Origin: a virus
Taxonomy: Duplodnaviria > Caudoviricetes
IMG/VR virus record: IMGVR_UViG_3300044981_000083
Coordinates: 1-57,064 of that record
Reading direction: 5' to 3' (one strand)
Length of the DNA stretch: 57,064 nucleotides
The notes below the pieces were generated by a model, which searched no databases, was not told the origin of the DNA, and saw nothing but the letters and a program-made list of their open reading frames with translations. A program made the position numbers and the translations under genes. This document shows, piece by piece, positions 46,269 through 56,376 of this stretch; the stretch's first letter is position 1, and the number at the start of each line of letters is the position of its first letter.

Positions 46269-46541
46269 TTGGATTTTCGATTGGATTATCGGTCAAAGAA
46301 AATGTTCCGCCGCCAGTATTTCGCGTGGTTCGATCTGAGACGGAAGGAATTCCGGCTGAGCCTCTTTCCGCCGGACTCTCCGGTCCGTCCGTCATTGGGG
46401 TTTCCGACCAAGAGCGATCTTCTGACCTTCGCGGATCGGAAGCGCGGCAACGTGCTATGGTCGCCGCCGTTAACCCGGCAACAAGAACAGGCTGGCTTGT
46501 CGGTCGAAGCTTCGATGCAAGAGAATTCAACCGCATATTGA
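46269..46541 (+). CDS. Hypothetical protein
   Basis: Short ORF filling the gap. Confidence 0.4.
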   Translation: MDFRLDYRSKKMFRRQYFAWFDLRRKEFRLSLFPPDSPVRPSLGFPTKSDLLTFADRKRGNVLWSPPLTRQQEQAGLSVEASMQENSTAY

Positions 46542-47278
46542 ATGATCCGGCGGTTTATCCGTTCGTTACCTTGCCTCACCTTAAAACTCTCGATGCGTCG
46601 CCCCTGGTCGATGATCCCCGAAATTTCCTTTTGATGGCCGATGGCGGCGGTATCATTTTTCACTGTCTCGATGCCGGGGTTTATGAAGTCCATACCGCAT
46701 TCCTCAAACCTGACCGGGAAAAACTATCGCAGCAAGGTCCGCATATCCGCAATGCGTGCCTTGAAGCCTATCGTTTCATGTTCACGCATTCAGACTGCGT
46801 GGAGTTGCTGACTAAGATTCCGGCGCATAACAGGGCCGCGACAATCTTCGCTCCGCTAGTGGGTTGGACGAAAGAATATCAACGAGAAGCGGTATGGCCG
46901 ACGCCTGATGGAAATGTGGGACTTTCCTACTGGTCGCTGCGCTATGACGACTGGGTGAGGAAGACCCCCGACCTCATGAGCGCGGGGCGGTGGTTTCACG
47001 ACCGGCTCGAACAGGAATGCGAGCGCCTAGGCCATACTCTACCCCACCATGACGATGATGCTGCCCACGATCTTCATGTCGGTTCTGCAGTAGAAATGAT
47101 CTATGGCGGCCAGACGGAAAAGGCCGTGATCCTCTATAATCGATGGGCGCGATTTGCGGGGTATGGGCTGATCGCATTGCTGTGCAAGAATCCCCTGCTG
47201 ATCGATATTGGCGATGCGCTGATCGAAATCCTCCCGGAGACCTTCAAGGTGCTGAAATGCCGGTTGCCGCAGGCATAA
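46457..47278 (+). CDS. GNAT-like (DUF2824-like) tail-module protein
   Basis: NRILNDPAV...YEVHTAFL...MFT; position before the ejection genes. Confidence 0.65.
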   Translation: MVAAVNPATRTGWLVGRSFDAREFNRILNDPAVYPFVTLPHLKTLDASPLVDDPRNFLLMADGGGIIFHCLDAGVYEVHTAFLKPDREKLSQQGPHIRNACLEAYRFMFTHSDCVELLTKIPAHNRAATIFAPLVGWTKEYQREAVWPTPDGNVGLSYWSLRYDDWVRKTPDLMSAGRWFHDRLEQECERLGHTLPHHDDDAAHDLHVGSAVEMIYGGQTEKAVILYNRWARFAGYGLIALLCKNPLLIDIGDALIEILPETFKVLKCRLPQA

Positions 47279-47937
47279 GCGCCGCCGGATCGCTCGGCGG
47301 AAGCCTGATGAGCTATCTCGGCTCGCAAGGCGCCGCCGGTAAGATTTCCGGCATGGGCGGCCAAGCGATCTCCGCACTCGAATCGATGTTTAACACCGCG
47401 CAAGGCGCGCTCAATCCTTTCATTTCGGCCGGGCAGGGTGTCCTGCCCGCATTATCGAAACTTCTTACGCCCGGTCCCTCACAAACCTCGACCCTCCAAA
47501 ACCTTCCTGGTTTCCAGTTTCAATCGCAATATGGCACCATGGCAGCGACGAATGCGCTTGCTGCCCGTGGTCTCGGGGGTTCAAGTGGTCCGCTCGGAAC
47601 GGCAATCTCCAATTACAACCAGGGACTCGCCGGAACCTCATTCGGAAATCTTACCGGCATGCTGCAAAATTACGCCAACATGGGATCGGGTGCCGCAGGG
47701 TCGCTGGCCCAAGCCGCAGGACAAGCGGGCGGCAACCTTGCCTCGACGTTCACTAGTTTGGGAAACAGCCTAGCTCAGACGACCATGGGCGGGTTCAATG
47801 CGATCGGGAGTGGAATCAGCGGCGGGGCGAACTCGATCGCGAATTATCTCGCGCTCGGGCCCTTGATTCAGAAGCTCATGGGCGGCGGTGGGGGTGGCGG
47901 GGGCGCCTACCAGGTTGCGCCGGGGGCCGACCAATGA
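47257..47937 (+). CDS. DNA ejection protein (P22 gp7-like)
   Basis: G/A/S-rich; PFISAG, PGFQFQ...G...AARGL..SG. Confidence 0.75.
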   Translation: MPVAAGISAAGSLGGSLMSYLGSQGAAGKISGMGGQAISALESMFNTAQGALNPFISAGQGVLPALSKLLTPGPSQTSTLQNLPGFQFQSQYGTMAATNALAARGLGGSSGPLGTAISNYNQGLAGTSFGNLTGMLQNYANMGSGAAGSLAQAAGQAGGNLASTFTSLGNSLAQTTMGGFNAIGSGISGGANSIANYLALGPLIQKLMGGGGGGGGAYQVAPGADQ

Positions 47938-48497
47938 ACAATTCGACGCTGCGCCGCTCTTTGATGCCGGCCCCTCCTGACCTCGCGGGGAGTGATGGGC
48001 CGTTGGCCTCCGCGATGCCCCAAGGCATGCCGCAAATGGCTCCTGGCGCCGCCCCCAATGCGCCGCCGCAAGAAGGTCCCCCGCAACAGCCGGCGCCCTC
48101 CCACGAACAGACTGTCGCAGCCCTGCGGCATTTCCAGGCGCTGCTTGCCGAAGGTAGGACGCTGTTGAAGAACCCCGACCTCGGCAAGTCCAATGTCAAG
48201 TCCGCGATACAGGATGGCGCCATCAAGCTCGTGGCCGACGGCATCATTTCCCCGGCCGATGCCGTGACCCAGCTCGCAACAGTGCCGGAACGCCCGATCG
48301 AACAGAAGAAATGGGTGGAGAACCTTTACGCGCAAGCGGTGACTGCACAATCCAATGTGCTGGACCATCATCGCATGGCGCATATCGGAACCGGAGACTA
48401 CGGGATTGAAAGCGCGCTGCATCAAAGCAATCCCGATGCCCATAAGCAGACGATGCAAGGGATGATGGAAGCGCATTACGGGGGCGGACGTGGCTGA
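47934..48497 (+). CDS. Hypothetical ejection-module protein
   Basis: P/Q-rich N-terminus; coupled. Confidence 0.65.
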   Translation: MNNSTLRRSLMPAPPDLAGSDGPLASAMPQGMPQMAPGAAPNAPPQEGPPQQPAPSHEQTVAALRHFQALLAEGRTLLKNPDLGKSNVKSAIQDGAIKLVADGIISPADAVTQLATVPERPIEQKKWVENLYAQAVTAQSNVLDHHRMAHIGTGDYGIESALHQSNPDAHKQTMQGMMEAHYGGGRG

Positions 48498-49809
48498 CCT
48501 CTCTTCGCTTCTCCCCCAGCCTCCGCAGCCGACGCAAGGCTTGCTCTCTGATCCGAGCAAGCTTCTGAGCGTATTGGGGCAATTCAACCAGTTGATGCAG
48601 TTCTCGGGCAAGGTGAATGCTGCGCGGGCATTTCAAAGCGCTCTCAAACCCGACGGTACGATCGACAGCGAGAAGCTTGCTGCGGGAATGAAAAGCCCCG
48701 GCGTTTCCATGGGCGGCCCGGAAGCTATCGCGTCGATGCTGGATTTGCACAATCGATCTATTGCAAATGATACTGCGGCGTTTGAGCAATGGGCGAAGCA
48801 GAGCGACTATGCACGGGCAAATTTCACGGCGCGGGCCAACCAGACGACGCCGATCACTTCCGAACAGATTTTTCATGATGCTGTGTCGCTCACGCGCAAT
48901 GCCGATCCGCGCGTCATGCCATCCTCGATCGTCGCGGGAATGACGAACTCCATTCTGAGCGATCCATCGGGCGTCGATCAAGCCTACCGCAACATGGCGA
49001 ATCGCGTATTGGGTGCCGGCGCGTTTGCTCCGGTGCCTGGACCTCCGGGGGTTGGGGGCGCGCCAACCGCGCCGCCGCTTGGGGCCACGGTGCGCGGCGG
49101 TGTCAATGCGCCCCCTGTCGGCCCGCAAAGCCGTGGTTTCAGTCCAATGGTTGTCGGCCAGCCGCCTGGCGAACAGGGCGTGCAGGAAGCTGGCGCCGCA
49201 CGTGCTTCCGACCTCCAGGCCACTGCGAGCACGACGGCGCAATATCATTCGGACTTGGAAAATCTGAAACAGGATTCGCGGATTCTCGAAAACCTGCAAG
49301 GTCCGACCGTCGAGGTTGAAAAAAAACTCAATGCGCTTTCGAGCCGGCTAGGCGGTTTTGGCGTGACGATGACGCCCGACCAGATGCGAGCGGCCGATAG
49401 CTTCGACAAGATCGTCAATCAAATCTCGCTCAACCAATCGAAACTATTTCACGGATCGGATGCGAGCTTGCATACCGTCGTCGGGGCGACCCCTTCCTTG
49501 AGCATGTCGCGGTTTGGCCGCGAAGGCGTGATCGATATGCTCCAGGGCAACCAGGATGCGGTCGATCTCTTACGCAAGCAGTGGCTGGATGCGAGAGCTA
49601 AGGGAGCGCCGGCGAATTCGTACGACACCTTCGTCAACGAATGGTCGAAGAAACTCGATCCGAGAGTATTCCAGTTCAATCGGTTGAACCGGGAAAACCA
49701 ACAGAAGTTTCTTGGTCAAATCGACCCGGAAGATTTCGAGGCATTCAAACAGAAGTATAATGTCGCGATGGAAAACGGCTGGGTGAAGAAGCCAAAACCG
49801 GCGCAATGA
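48490..49809 (+). CDS. Putative DNA ejection protein
   Basis: Helical A/Q-rich 439 aa in the gp20-like position. Confidence 0.65.
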   Translation: MADLSSLLPQPPQPTQGLLSDPSKLLSVLGQFNQLMQFSGKVNAARAFQSALKPDGTIDSEKLAAGMKSPGVSMGGPEAIASMLDLHNRSIANDTAAFEQWAKQSDYARANFTARANQTTPITSEQIFHDAVSLTRNADPRVMPSSIVAGMTNSILSDPSGVDQAYRNMANRVLGAGAFAPVPGPPGVGGAPTAPPLGATVRGGVNAPPVGPQSRGFSPMVVGQPPGEQGVQEAGAARASDLQATASTTAQYHSDLENLKQDSRILENLQGPTVEVEKKLNALSSRLGGFGVTMTPDQMRAADSFDKIVNQISLNQSKLFHGSDASLHTVVGATPSLSMSRFGREGVIDMLQGNQDAVDLLRKQWLDARAKGAPANSYDTFVNEWSKKLDPRVFQFNRLNRENQQKFLGQIDPEDFEAFKQKYNVAMENGWVKKPKPAQ

Positions 49810-49810
49810 C

Positions 49811-50482
49811 ATGGCCGATACGCAGCAACAGCGAAAAGCCGGCCGAACCGTCTACATCATCCGCCATGGCCAAACCATGCTCAACGTGGATGACAAGATC
49901 AGGTCATGGCTCGATATTCCCCTGACCGATGACGGATTCGAGGAAGCGAAGAAACTGGGATGGGAATTGCGCAATGCGAATATAAAATTGACGGGGCTGT
50001 TTTCGTCCGACCTCTTGCGCTCGCTGCAAACCACGCTGGAAATTTCAGGCATAGCCGGGTTTCCGATCCTGGGCGCGACGCATGCCTTGCGACCGTGGAA
50101 TGTCGGGACCTATGCGGGAAAGAATGGTCCGACTGTCCATAAGAAGATGATGGAGTATGCCGAGAACTCGCCGGACAAGGTTCTAGGCGGCGGGGAGTCC
50201 TTCAATATCTTCAAGTATCGGGTGTTGTGCGGGATCATAGGGTTACTCAATTCCACTCCTGGTATATTAGGCTTGGTCTCGCATTCCAGGGGCGAGCGTA
50301 TTCTTCATGCCTGGGTAGCGGCGGGATGCCCGGAAAACCTCGACGTTGACCTCGACGTGTTCGGAGAGCGCGGGGAAGAGACTGCGAGCGCGCAGAAGCT
50401 GGAAGTGAATTGCGCCCTGATCGAACAGAATGATGACGAAGGCCATCCCGAAGACGCTTTAAGCGCCAGACCAAATGCCTGA
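49811..50482 (+). CDS. Histidine phosphatase (phosphoglycerate mutase-like) family protein
   Basis: IIRHGQT, DIPLT, SSDLLRS.QT, GGES, VSH. Confidence 0.9.
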   Translation: MADTQQQRKAGRTVYIIRHGQTMLNVDDKIRSWLDIPLTDDGFEEAKKLGWELRNANIKLTGLFSSDLLRSLQTTLEISGIAGFPILGATHALRPWNVGTYAGKNGPTVHKKMMEYAENSPDKVLGGGESFNIFKYRVLCGIIGLLNSTPGILGLVSHSRGERILHAWVAAGCPENLDVDLDVFGERGEETASAQKLEVNCALIEQNDDEGHPEDALSARPNA

Positions 50483-53039
50483 CCTTTCCCCCCAGGACCG
50501 CGACCTTATCACCCGCACCGTCATCGGCGAGGCTGACGACCAGTCGTCCGAGGGACAGGCGGCGGTCGCGCATGTGATCCTCAACCGCTTGAACTCAGGC
50601 CAATATGGCAAGGGCGCGAGCGACGTGATTCTGCAACGCCACGCCTTCGAGCCGTGGTCCACAAGGGCGCGCGAACTTTCCACCATCGATCCGCGCTCTG
50701 ATCATTATCAGAAGGTGGCGCAGAACATCGCCCCTGTCCTAGCTGGCGACCATGAGGACAATACCGGAGGCGCGACGCATTTCCTCAGTCCGAAGATCAT
50801 GGCCTCCCGTGGCAAGCCGCTTCCGTATTGGGCTCGCGGAGCCGGAACGACCATTGGCGATCATCGTTTCTTCGCGCCCGACAACCCGAGCTATGGTGGT
50901 TCAGCTCTCGACGCGATTCACGCCGCGATCGGCGGTGCGTCCGTCCTTCCTGGATCGGCCTTGGCGTTTGACGAGCCTGCCAAGCCCAAAGGAAAGGCCG
51001 CCGGCGATCCATTCAAGGATGCGGGGTTTGATATCCCGACTGCAAACAGCGCATCCACACAAGCCGGCAGCGCCGTCTCAGGCGATCCGTTCAAAGATGC
51101 GGGATTTACGTTGCCGGGGGAGAAAATCGCGGCTCCCTCAACGCCTGCATCCGACAGGCCTCCAGGTGCTTCCGGATATGTGGAAATGCCCGGAAGCGGC
51201 ACCCGGCACTATATCGATGCGGCGGGGAAGTTTATCGAAGTGCCCAATTATCAGGCGCCTTCCGCGCTGTCGCAAGTCGGCCAATTCGCTTCCGAGCTTC
51301 CCGGCCGATACAGCGAAGCAGTGAAGGAAAGCGCGGCGTCGTCCGCGGCGCTAGGCCAAAGCGGGCTTGAAGATTTGCGCAAAGGACTTTACGGCTCGGC
51401 GTCCTGGAAAACGCCACTTGGCGCGCTTGGCTTTCTCACATCGCCACTCTCCGGAGCGATCAATATTGCAGGCCAGGAAATCGACAAGGCGACCGGCGTT
51501 CCAGGCACCGGAGAGAAGGCAGCGCTGGTCTTGCCGATTCCGAAGGCCGGGGCCATCGCCAATGCGGTGCGCCCTTCCGCGAGCGCGCTCAGCCAACTTG
51601 TTGCGGATATCGGCCGCGAAAATCTTCCCGGTGTGCTGAAACGGCTCGAATCGAATCCGACGCTTGCTTTGATGGACGTTGCGCCCGGAGTGCAGACACG
51701 GGCAATGGGCATCGCTACAGGCGAGCCGTCGCGCGGGCAGACGCAACTATTCGAGACCGCGGCGCAGCGGGTCGCCGATCGGCGCAACCAGACCCGCAGC
51801 GCCTTCGGGGAAACGATCGGCGAACCTCCGAACACGGTTGAACTCCTCGACAAGATGAAAGCCGATGCGCGCAAGGTCGGAACAGAGCAAATCGAGCCGG
51901 CCTTGGCGGGAGCAAAGCCAGTCGATGTCACGGGCGTGGTCAAGGCGATCGATGACGAAATCGGCGAGAACGCCTTGCGGAATTTACGCAAGAACAAGGC
52001 GCCCGCGCTCGCTCTAACGCCGATCCAACAGCGGCTTTTGGAGTTGCGCCAGCAACTCACCTATCGCGACAAGAGCGCCAATGCGTTTCCGAAAAAGGAT
52101 CAGTATTTCCTCGATGCGACCGGCGAGCCCAATGCCGGCGCTGCGGATGCGGGTGCGCATGGCGTGCAATCGCGCTTGAGGTATCAAGCGGAAACCTTGC
52201 TGAATTCGAGCGGTTCGGATCGGTTGCAGGGCGGGACCTTGATGAATATCCGCGGCAAGCTTGTTGATGCGATCGATGAAGCCGCGAATGGAAAATATCG
52301 TCCCGCCCTCGCCGCCTATCGCGATGAGATGCACATTCAAGAAGCCTTTGACAAAGGCATGAGCGTGACAAGCGGAGCGCGCACCGGAGACATGGGCCTC
52401 GAAAACCGTCCGGAAGCCTGGGAAAAATGGGCCAAGGGCGCGACCGACAAGGAAATGGAAGCCGCAAGACTCGGCGCCCGGACTGTAATCGACAACACCA
52501 TTGGCACCATCCGCCAGGCCGGACGGGCGGGAACCGATATTCCCGATGCACCGTTTACCAGAGCCAAGCTCGAACTCCTGTTCGGAAAACAGGAAACCGA
52601 CCGCCTGACAAGTCTTCTGGCCGATGAAAAGGCCAAGGCGCAAACCAATGCGCTTTTGACGGCGAATTCGAAGACGGCGCGGTCACAAGCGGCGCAACGC
52701 GAGACGACACCGCGCGAAGTCAAGCCGATCGGCGAAAACGTCAAGAGCTTCTTGCCTTCGGCCCTTGCCGAGATGGTAATGACGCCGGCTTTGGGGATTC
52801 CCGGCTTGGGTGCTGCCGGCGTCTTTGCTGTCGGGGGAGCTCGCAAAGCCGGACAAGCCGTGATGCGCGCCCGTGACGTAGCGCGCAACACCGCCTATGC
52901 GCATCTAGCCTCGACGGCCGCGCCGGAAGAACGCAATGCGCTGTTGTCCGTGCTGCGGGCGCACGTTCAACCTCCTGGAAAGCGCAATAAAGTCGGCAAT
53001 GCGCTTTCGACGTTGGGCAGATTGCCACTCCCGCAATAG
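50475..53039 (+). CDS. Large ejection protein with N-terminal SleB/Hydrolase_2 cell-wall hydrolase
   Basis: RTVIGEA..Q..EGQAAVAHVILNR, FEPW, DNTGGATHF, IGDHRF. Confidence 0.85.
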   Translation: MPDLSPQDRDLITRTVIGEADDQSSEGQAAVAHVILNRLNSGQYGKGASDVILQRHAFEPWSTRARELSTIDPRSDHYQKVAQNIAPVLAGDHEDNTGGATHFLSPKIMASRGKPLPYWARGAGTTIGDHRFFAPDNPSYGGSALDAIHAAIGGASVLPGSALAFDEPAKPKGKAAGDPFKDAGFDIPTANSASTQAGSAVSGDPFKDAGFTLPGEKIAAPSTPASDRPPGASGYVEMPGSGTRHYIDAAGKFIEVPNYQAPSALSQVGQFASELPGRYSEAVKESAASSAALGQSGLEDLRKGLYGSASWKTPLGALGFLTSPLSGAINIAGQEIDKATGVPGTGEKAALVLPIPKAGAIANAVRPSASALSQLVADIGRENLPGVLKRLESNPTLALMDVAPGVQTRAMGIATGEPSRGQTQLFETAAQRVADRRNQTRSAFGETIGEPPNTVELLDKMKADARKVGTEQIEPALAGAKPVDVTGVVKAIDDEIGENALRNLRKNKAPALALTPIQQRLLELRQQLTYRDKSANAFPKKDQYFLDATGEPNAGAADAGAHGVQSRLRYQAETLLNSSGSDRLQGGTLMNIRGKLVDAIDEAANGKYRPALAAYRDEMHIQEAFDKGMSVTSGARTGDMGLENRPEAWEKWAKGATDKEMEAARLGARTVIDNTIGTIRQAGRAGTDIPDAPFTRAKLELLFGKQETDRLTSLLADEKAKAQTNALLTANSKTARSQAAQRETTPREVKPIGENVKSFLPSALAEMVMTPALGIPGLGAAGVFAVGGARKAGQAVMRARDVARNTAYAHLASTAAPEERNALLSVLRAHVQPPGKRNKVGNALSTLGRLPLPQ

Positions 53040-53141
53040 GAACCAATACCAGCGCACCATGAAAATGAATTGCGCCCATAACCAAAGCAACGGAATGAAG
53101 CCGATCGGCACAAGCCGAAATCGCATGGAACCTTCCCCGCA

Positions 53142-54848
53142 ATGAAGCGCATCCAAGTCTTCCTCATCCTAGCATTTTGCGCCTTGGCCTCGCAAGCCTT
53201 GGGGCAGGCCGCCCAGTTGATTCCGGGCGAACAGTGCTTCCAGGCCACCACCGGAATCAACGGCATGGTGGGCCTCCTGGGAACGATTACGGGGGGCACT
53301 GGGGGCACCACCGGGACCTATGGGGGCGTCCCCCTCACGGGTGGGTCCGGATCGGGCGCTACAGCGAATATCACGGTCTCCGGGGGAACCGTGACGGGGG
53401 TGGCGATTCTCAACCCAGGGACACAGTATGTTGTCGCGGACGTGCTTTCCGCGGCTTCAGCCAACATCGGCAACGTGACCGGCTTCTCGGTTTCCGTGTC
53501 CTCCGTTGCAATCAATTCGAGCCTCGCAGGCGGTACGGTATCCTACTACATTCCGTCCACTAACACCTTTAAGCAGACGTGGCAGAATGCGCTTCAGACG
53601 GTCCTGAACACGAACCCCGTCAACCTCGATTCCAACGGCTGTGCGATCGTCTATGGCACCGGGACCTATCGCCAGATTCTCAAGGACTCGCTTGGAAATA
53701 CGGTCTGGGATCAACTCACGACCGCGATTTCCACAGGAAATCCTCCATATTGGGCGAATCTCGCTGGGGGAACTGCGAATGCGATCACGGTCACGGATAC
53801 CGGCTTTGCGGCCCAGGATGGGGCGCAGATAAATTTCATTGCGTTGCTGACGAATACCGGAGCGGCAACCCTCAATCCATCAGGCTACGGGAATATCCCC
53901 ATCGTCAAGGATACCACGGCGGGACCCGTGGCTCTGACCGGGGGCGAGATCGTCGCCCGCAATCTCATCCAGCTGCAGTACTCGGCGACCAACAATAATT
54001 TCACCCTCCTGAATCCCCCGATTCAGTCCGCAGCGGGGGCAACGCCGGCTCCGCTGTGCGGGGCGCAGATGCTGGTCTTGACCAATGGGACAGTTCCAGC
54101 GGCCGATATCAACGTCACCGCTGCCACGCTGGTCATGGTCTCCTCGACCGGGCTCGTCATCAATCGCTCCAACGTCTCTCTTGTCCTCAATATCGCGACG
54201 GGCTCTGCGAGCTCGATCGCCAATGGCATGGATGGGGAGGCGCCGGGGACCAATGCCTGGATCGATGTCTTCGGGATAGATAATGGAGCCGCCCCCGCGA
54301 CCCTTGGATCGTTGGCGGCCGGCAACGGCCTATCGCCGCAACTCCCGACCGGCTACACCTATATCTGCTATCTCGGGGCGGCGAGAGTCGACGGTTCCGG
54401 AAATCTCCTGACCTGGACGCAACGGGGCCGGGAATCGCAATATCTCGTCGGTTCGGCCAATGTTCCCATTGCTCCCAATATTGCAAATGGAGTCGCGGGC
54501 ACTTGGAGTGTAACGAGTCCTGCGCTCGCGTCTGTGGCGGTGGCAGCGTTTGTGCCCCCGACGGCAACCCAGATTAAGGTCTTGGCCGCGGTGCGCTGGA
54601 AGGGAGCTGCGGGCGATGGCAGCGGGTTATTGGTGGCTCCTAACGTAAACTGGGGCGGCACCAACAACGGTCCGCAAGGGTCGGCGGGGCAAATCTGGCC
54701 GATCTCATTCGACGACAGCATATACAACAATCTCAACATCTCGGCGTGGCTGCTGCTTGAGGCTACGCAAACCATCGGCTGGGCTTCGAACAGGGCGAGT
54801 GGGGCGATCTCGGCACTCGGATGGACGGATGCGGTCAATGCGAATTAA
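53142..54848 (+). CDS. Tail spike/fibre with head-binding-like domain and signal peptide
   Basis: MKRIQVFLILAFCALASQALG-QA; LAGG.V..Y...T...KQTW...NTNPVNLDSNG...Y..G.YR.ILKD..GN..WD. Confidence 0.8.
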   Translation: MKRIQVFLILAFCALASQALGQAAQLIPGEQCFQATTGINGMVGLLGTITGGTGGTTGTYGGVPLTGGSGSGATANITVSGGTVTGVAILNPGTQYVVADVLSAASANIGNVTGFSVSVSSVAINSSLAGGTVSYYIPSTNTFKQTWQNALQTVLNTNPVNLDSNGCAIVYGTGTYRQILKDSLGNTVWDQLTTAISTGNPPYWANLAGGTANAITVTDTGFAAQDGAQINFIALLTNTGAATLNPSGYGNIPIVKDTTAGPVALTGGEIVARNLIQLQYSATNNNFTLLNPPIQSAAGATPAPLCGAQMLVLTNGTVPAADINVTAATLVMVSSTGLVINRSNVSLVLNIATGSASSIANGMDGEAPGTNAWIDVFGIDNGAAPATLGSLAAGNGLSPQLPTGYTYICYLGAARVDGSGNLLTWTQRGRESQYLVGSANVPIAPNIANGVAGTWSVTSPALASVAVAAFVPPTATQIKVLAAVRWKGAAGDGSGLLVAPNVNWGGTNNGPQGSAGQIWPISFDDSIYNNLNISAWLLLEATQTIGWASNRASGAISALGWTDAVNAN

Positions 54849-56376
54849 AACGATCATCGCCGCGCTTGCGGTTACGCTCGCGCTTTCGGCGCCGGTCTGC
54901 GCGCAAACCGGCTCGTCGAAAACCGTCACTGCGCTTAACAACGAGGTCAATTCGCTCTTTCCCGATCAAAACACCGGAGCGATTACACCCTTCGATGCGC
55001 GGCAGACGTTTCTCGATATTATCGCGTCTTCGGCCAATCTCAACGGTACGGTCTTTCTCGGCAATACGGCTTTCATCAATACCTATCTGCCCGGCTTCCT
55101 CGATCCCGGCGTGGCCAACATCACCGCAGCGGCGCCGCAAGCCAACATCTCGATGCTGCTGGCGGCGCAGTCATCGCAAAAGACGCTGGCGGATGGCTAT
55201 CTTGGTCAGATTCCACTTACGATTCTCAACGTAGTCGATACCACCGTCGCGACATACGGGGGCATCTTCGGCGCCTACGTCCAAAACACCCTGCTCGCCA
55301 CTTCTGATCCGGTTGTGGTCGGTGGTGGCAGGACCTACGGTGCCATCCTGGCTGAGTTCTCGACCAGCAATTTATGGGCCGTGGTCGGGTCCGATCCTTA
55401 TACCATCAATGCCAACGGCAGCGTCCACGGCCTCCGGGTCGATTGCGGCCTAGGTCCTAGTGGCCCCAACAACTGCGGAGGTTATGCTTTCGAGGTCGTC
55501 AATAACGGTGCCCAATTCGGTGGCGGCCTCTTGTGCGGGTCGAATGCGCTCATCGTGACGGCTGGTGTTTCCTATTGCATAGCGGCCGTCAACGATCAGT
55601 TTCTCGCATGGTTTTATGGCGCCGGAAATGTCGGGTTTTCGATTACGTCGGAAGTCACGGCATCGGCCGACGCGCAGGTCCTCAAGGCCGTTAACACCGG
55701 GCTGAATTATTATTTCGACGGGTCGCTGTCCGTCAGCTTGCAAAGCAGCGGCGTCATCAACCTTGCATCTGGCGGTAATGTTCAGATCGCTTCGAATTTT
55801 ATCCTCGGCATGAGCGAAATCTGCACTTATGGCAGCATCAGCGGCAGCGTGTGCCAGGCGGTGGGAGCCACGGTCGGCGGCAACTATGTTCTGCGCTGGC
55901 CGGGCGGCTCGACGGATTTCACCGGCACGGGCGGCACGTCGCAGGTTGTCAAGCAGACGACGAGCGGAGGCGCCTTCACGGTGGCGCAGCTTGCCTGCGC
56001 CGACCTCTCGAATGCTGCGGCGTCGTGTGCGACCGATGCCACCAATGCGGCGAACATCGGGTCGGGCACGCTGCCGAGCGGCCGACTGTCCGGTGCCTAT
56101 ACGGGAATCACGGAGCTTGCCGCCGCGGTCGGCATCGGCACCGCAGCGACGGCCGCCACGGGGCTGACCATCAACGGTCCCGGCACTGACGGCACTACCT
56201 TTCCCTTCATCCTGCGCAATTCCGGTAGCGTCAATTTGTTTTATGTCGATGACGCCGGCGATATATTCACAACAGGTGCGAAGCAGGGCGTGACCACGGT
56301 TTGCACCGAAACAGTGGGAAACACGCTGACCTTCACCAATGGACTTCTGACCACAAAAGGCGCAAACTGCACATGA
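54838..56376 (+). CDS. Tail fibre / receptor-binding protein with signal peptide
   Basis: MRIKTIIAALAVTLALSAPVCA-QT; ATNAANIGSGTLPSGRL; TLTFTNGLLT. Confidence 0.75.
   Translation: MRIKTIIAALAVTLALSAPVCAQTGSSKTVTALNNEVNSLFPDQNTGAITPFDARQTFLDIIASSANLNGTVFLGNTAFINTYLPGFLDPGVANITAAAPQANISMLLAAQSSQKTLADGYLGQIPLTILNVVDTTVATYGGIFGAYVQNTLLATSDPVVVGGGRTYGAILAEFSTSNLWAVVGSDPYTINANGSVHGLRVDCGLGPSGPNNCGGYAFEVVNNGAQFGGGLLCGSNALIVTAGVSYCIAAVNDQFLAWFYGAGNVGFSITSEVTASADAQVLKAVNTGLNYYFDGSLSVSLQSSGVINLASGGNVQIASNFILGMSEICTYGSISGSVCQAVGATVGGNYVLRWPGGSTDFTGTGGTSQVVKQTTSGGAFTVAQLACADLSNAAASCATDATNAANIGSGTLPSGRLSGAYTGITELAAAVGIGTAATAATGLTINGPGTDGTTFPFILRNSGSVNLFYVDDAGDIFTTGAKQGVTTVCTETVGNTLTFTNGLLTTKGANCT

Noticed and set aside
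45965-46456. N-terminal extension of the 437-aa ORF
   Set aside because: It overlaps better-supported genes; the plausible start is 46457
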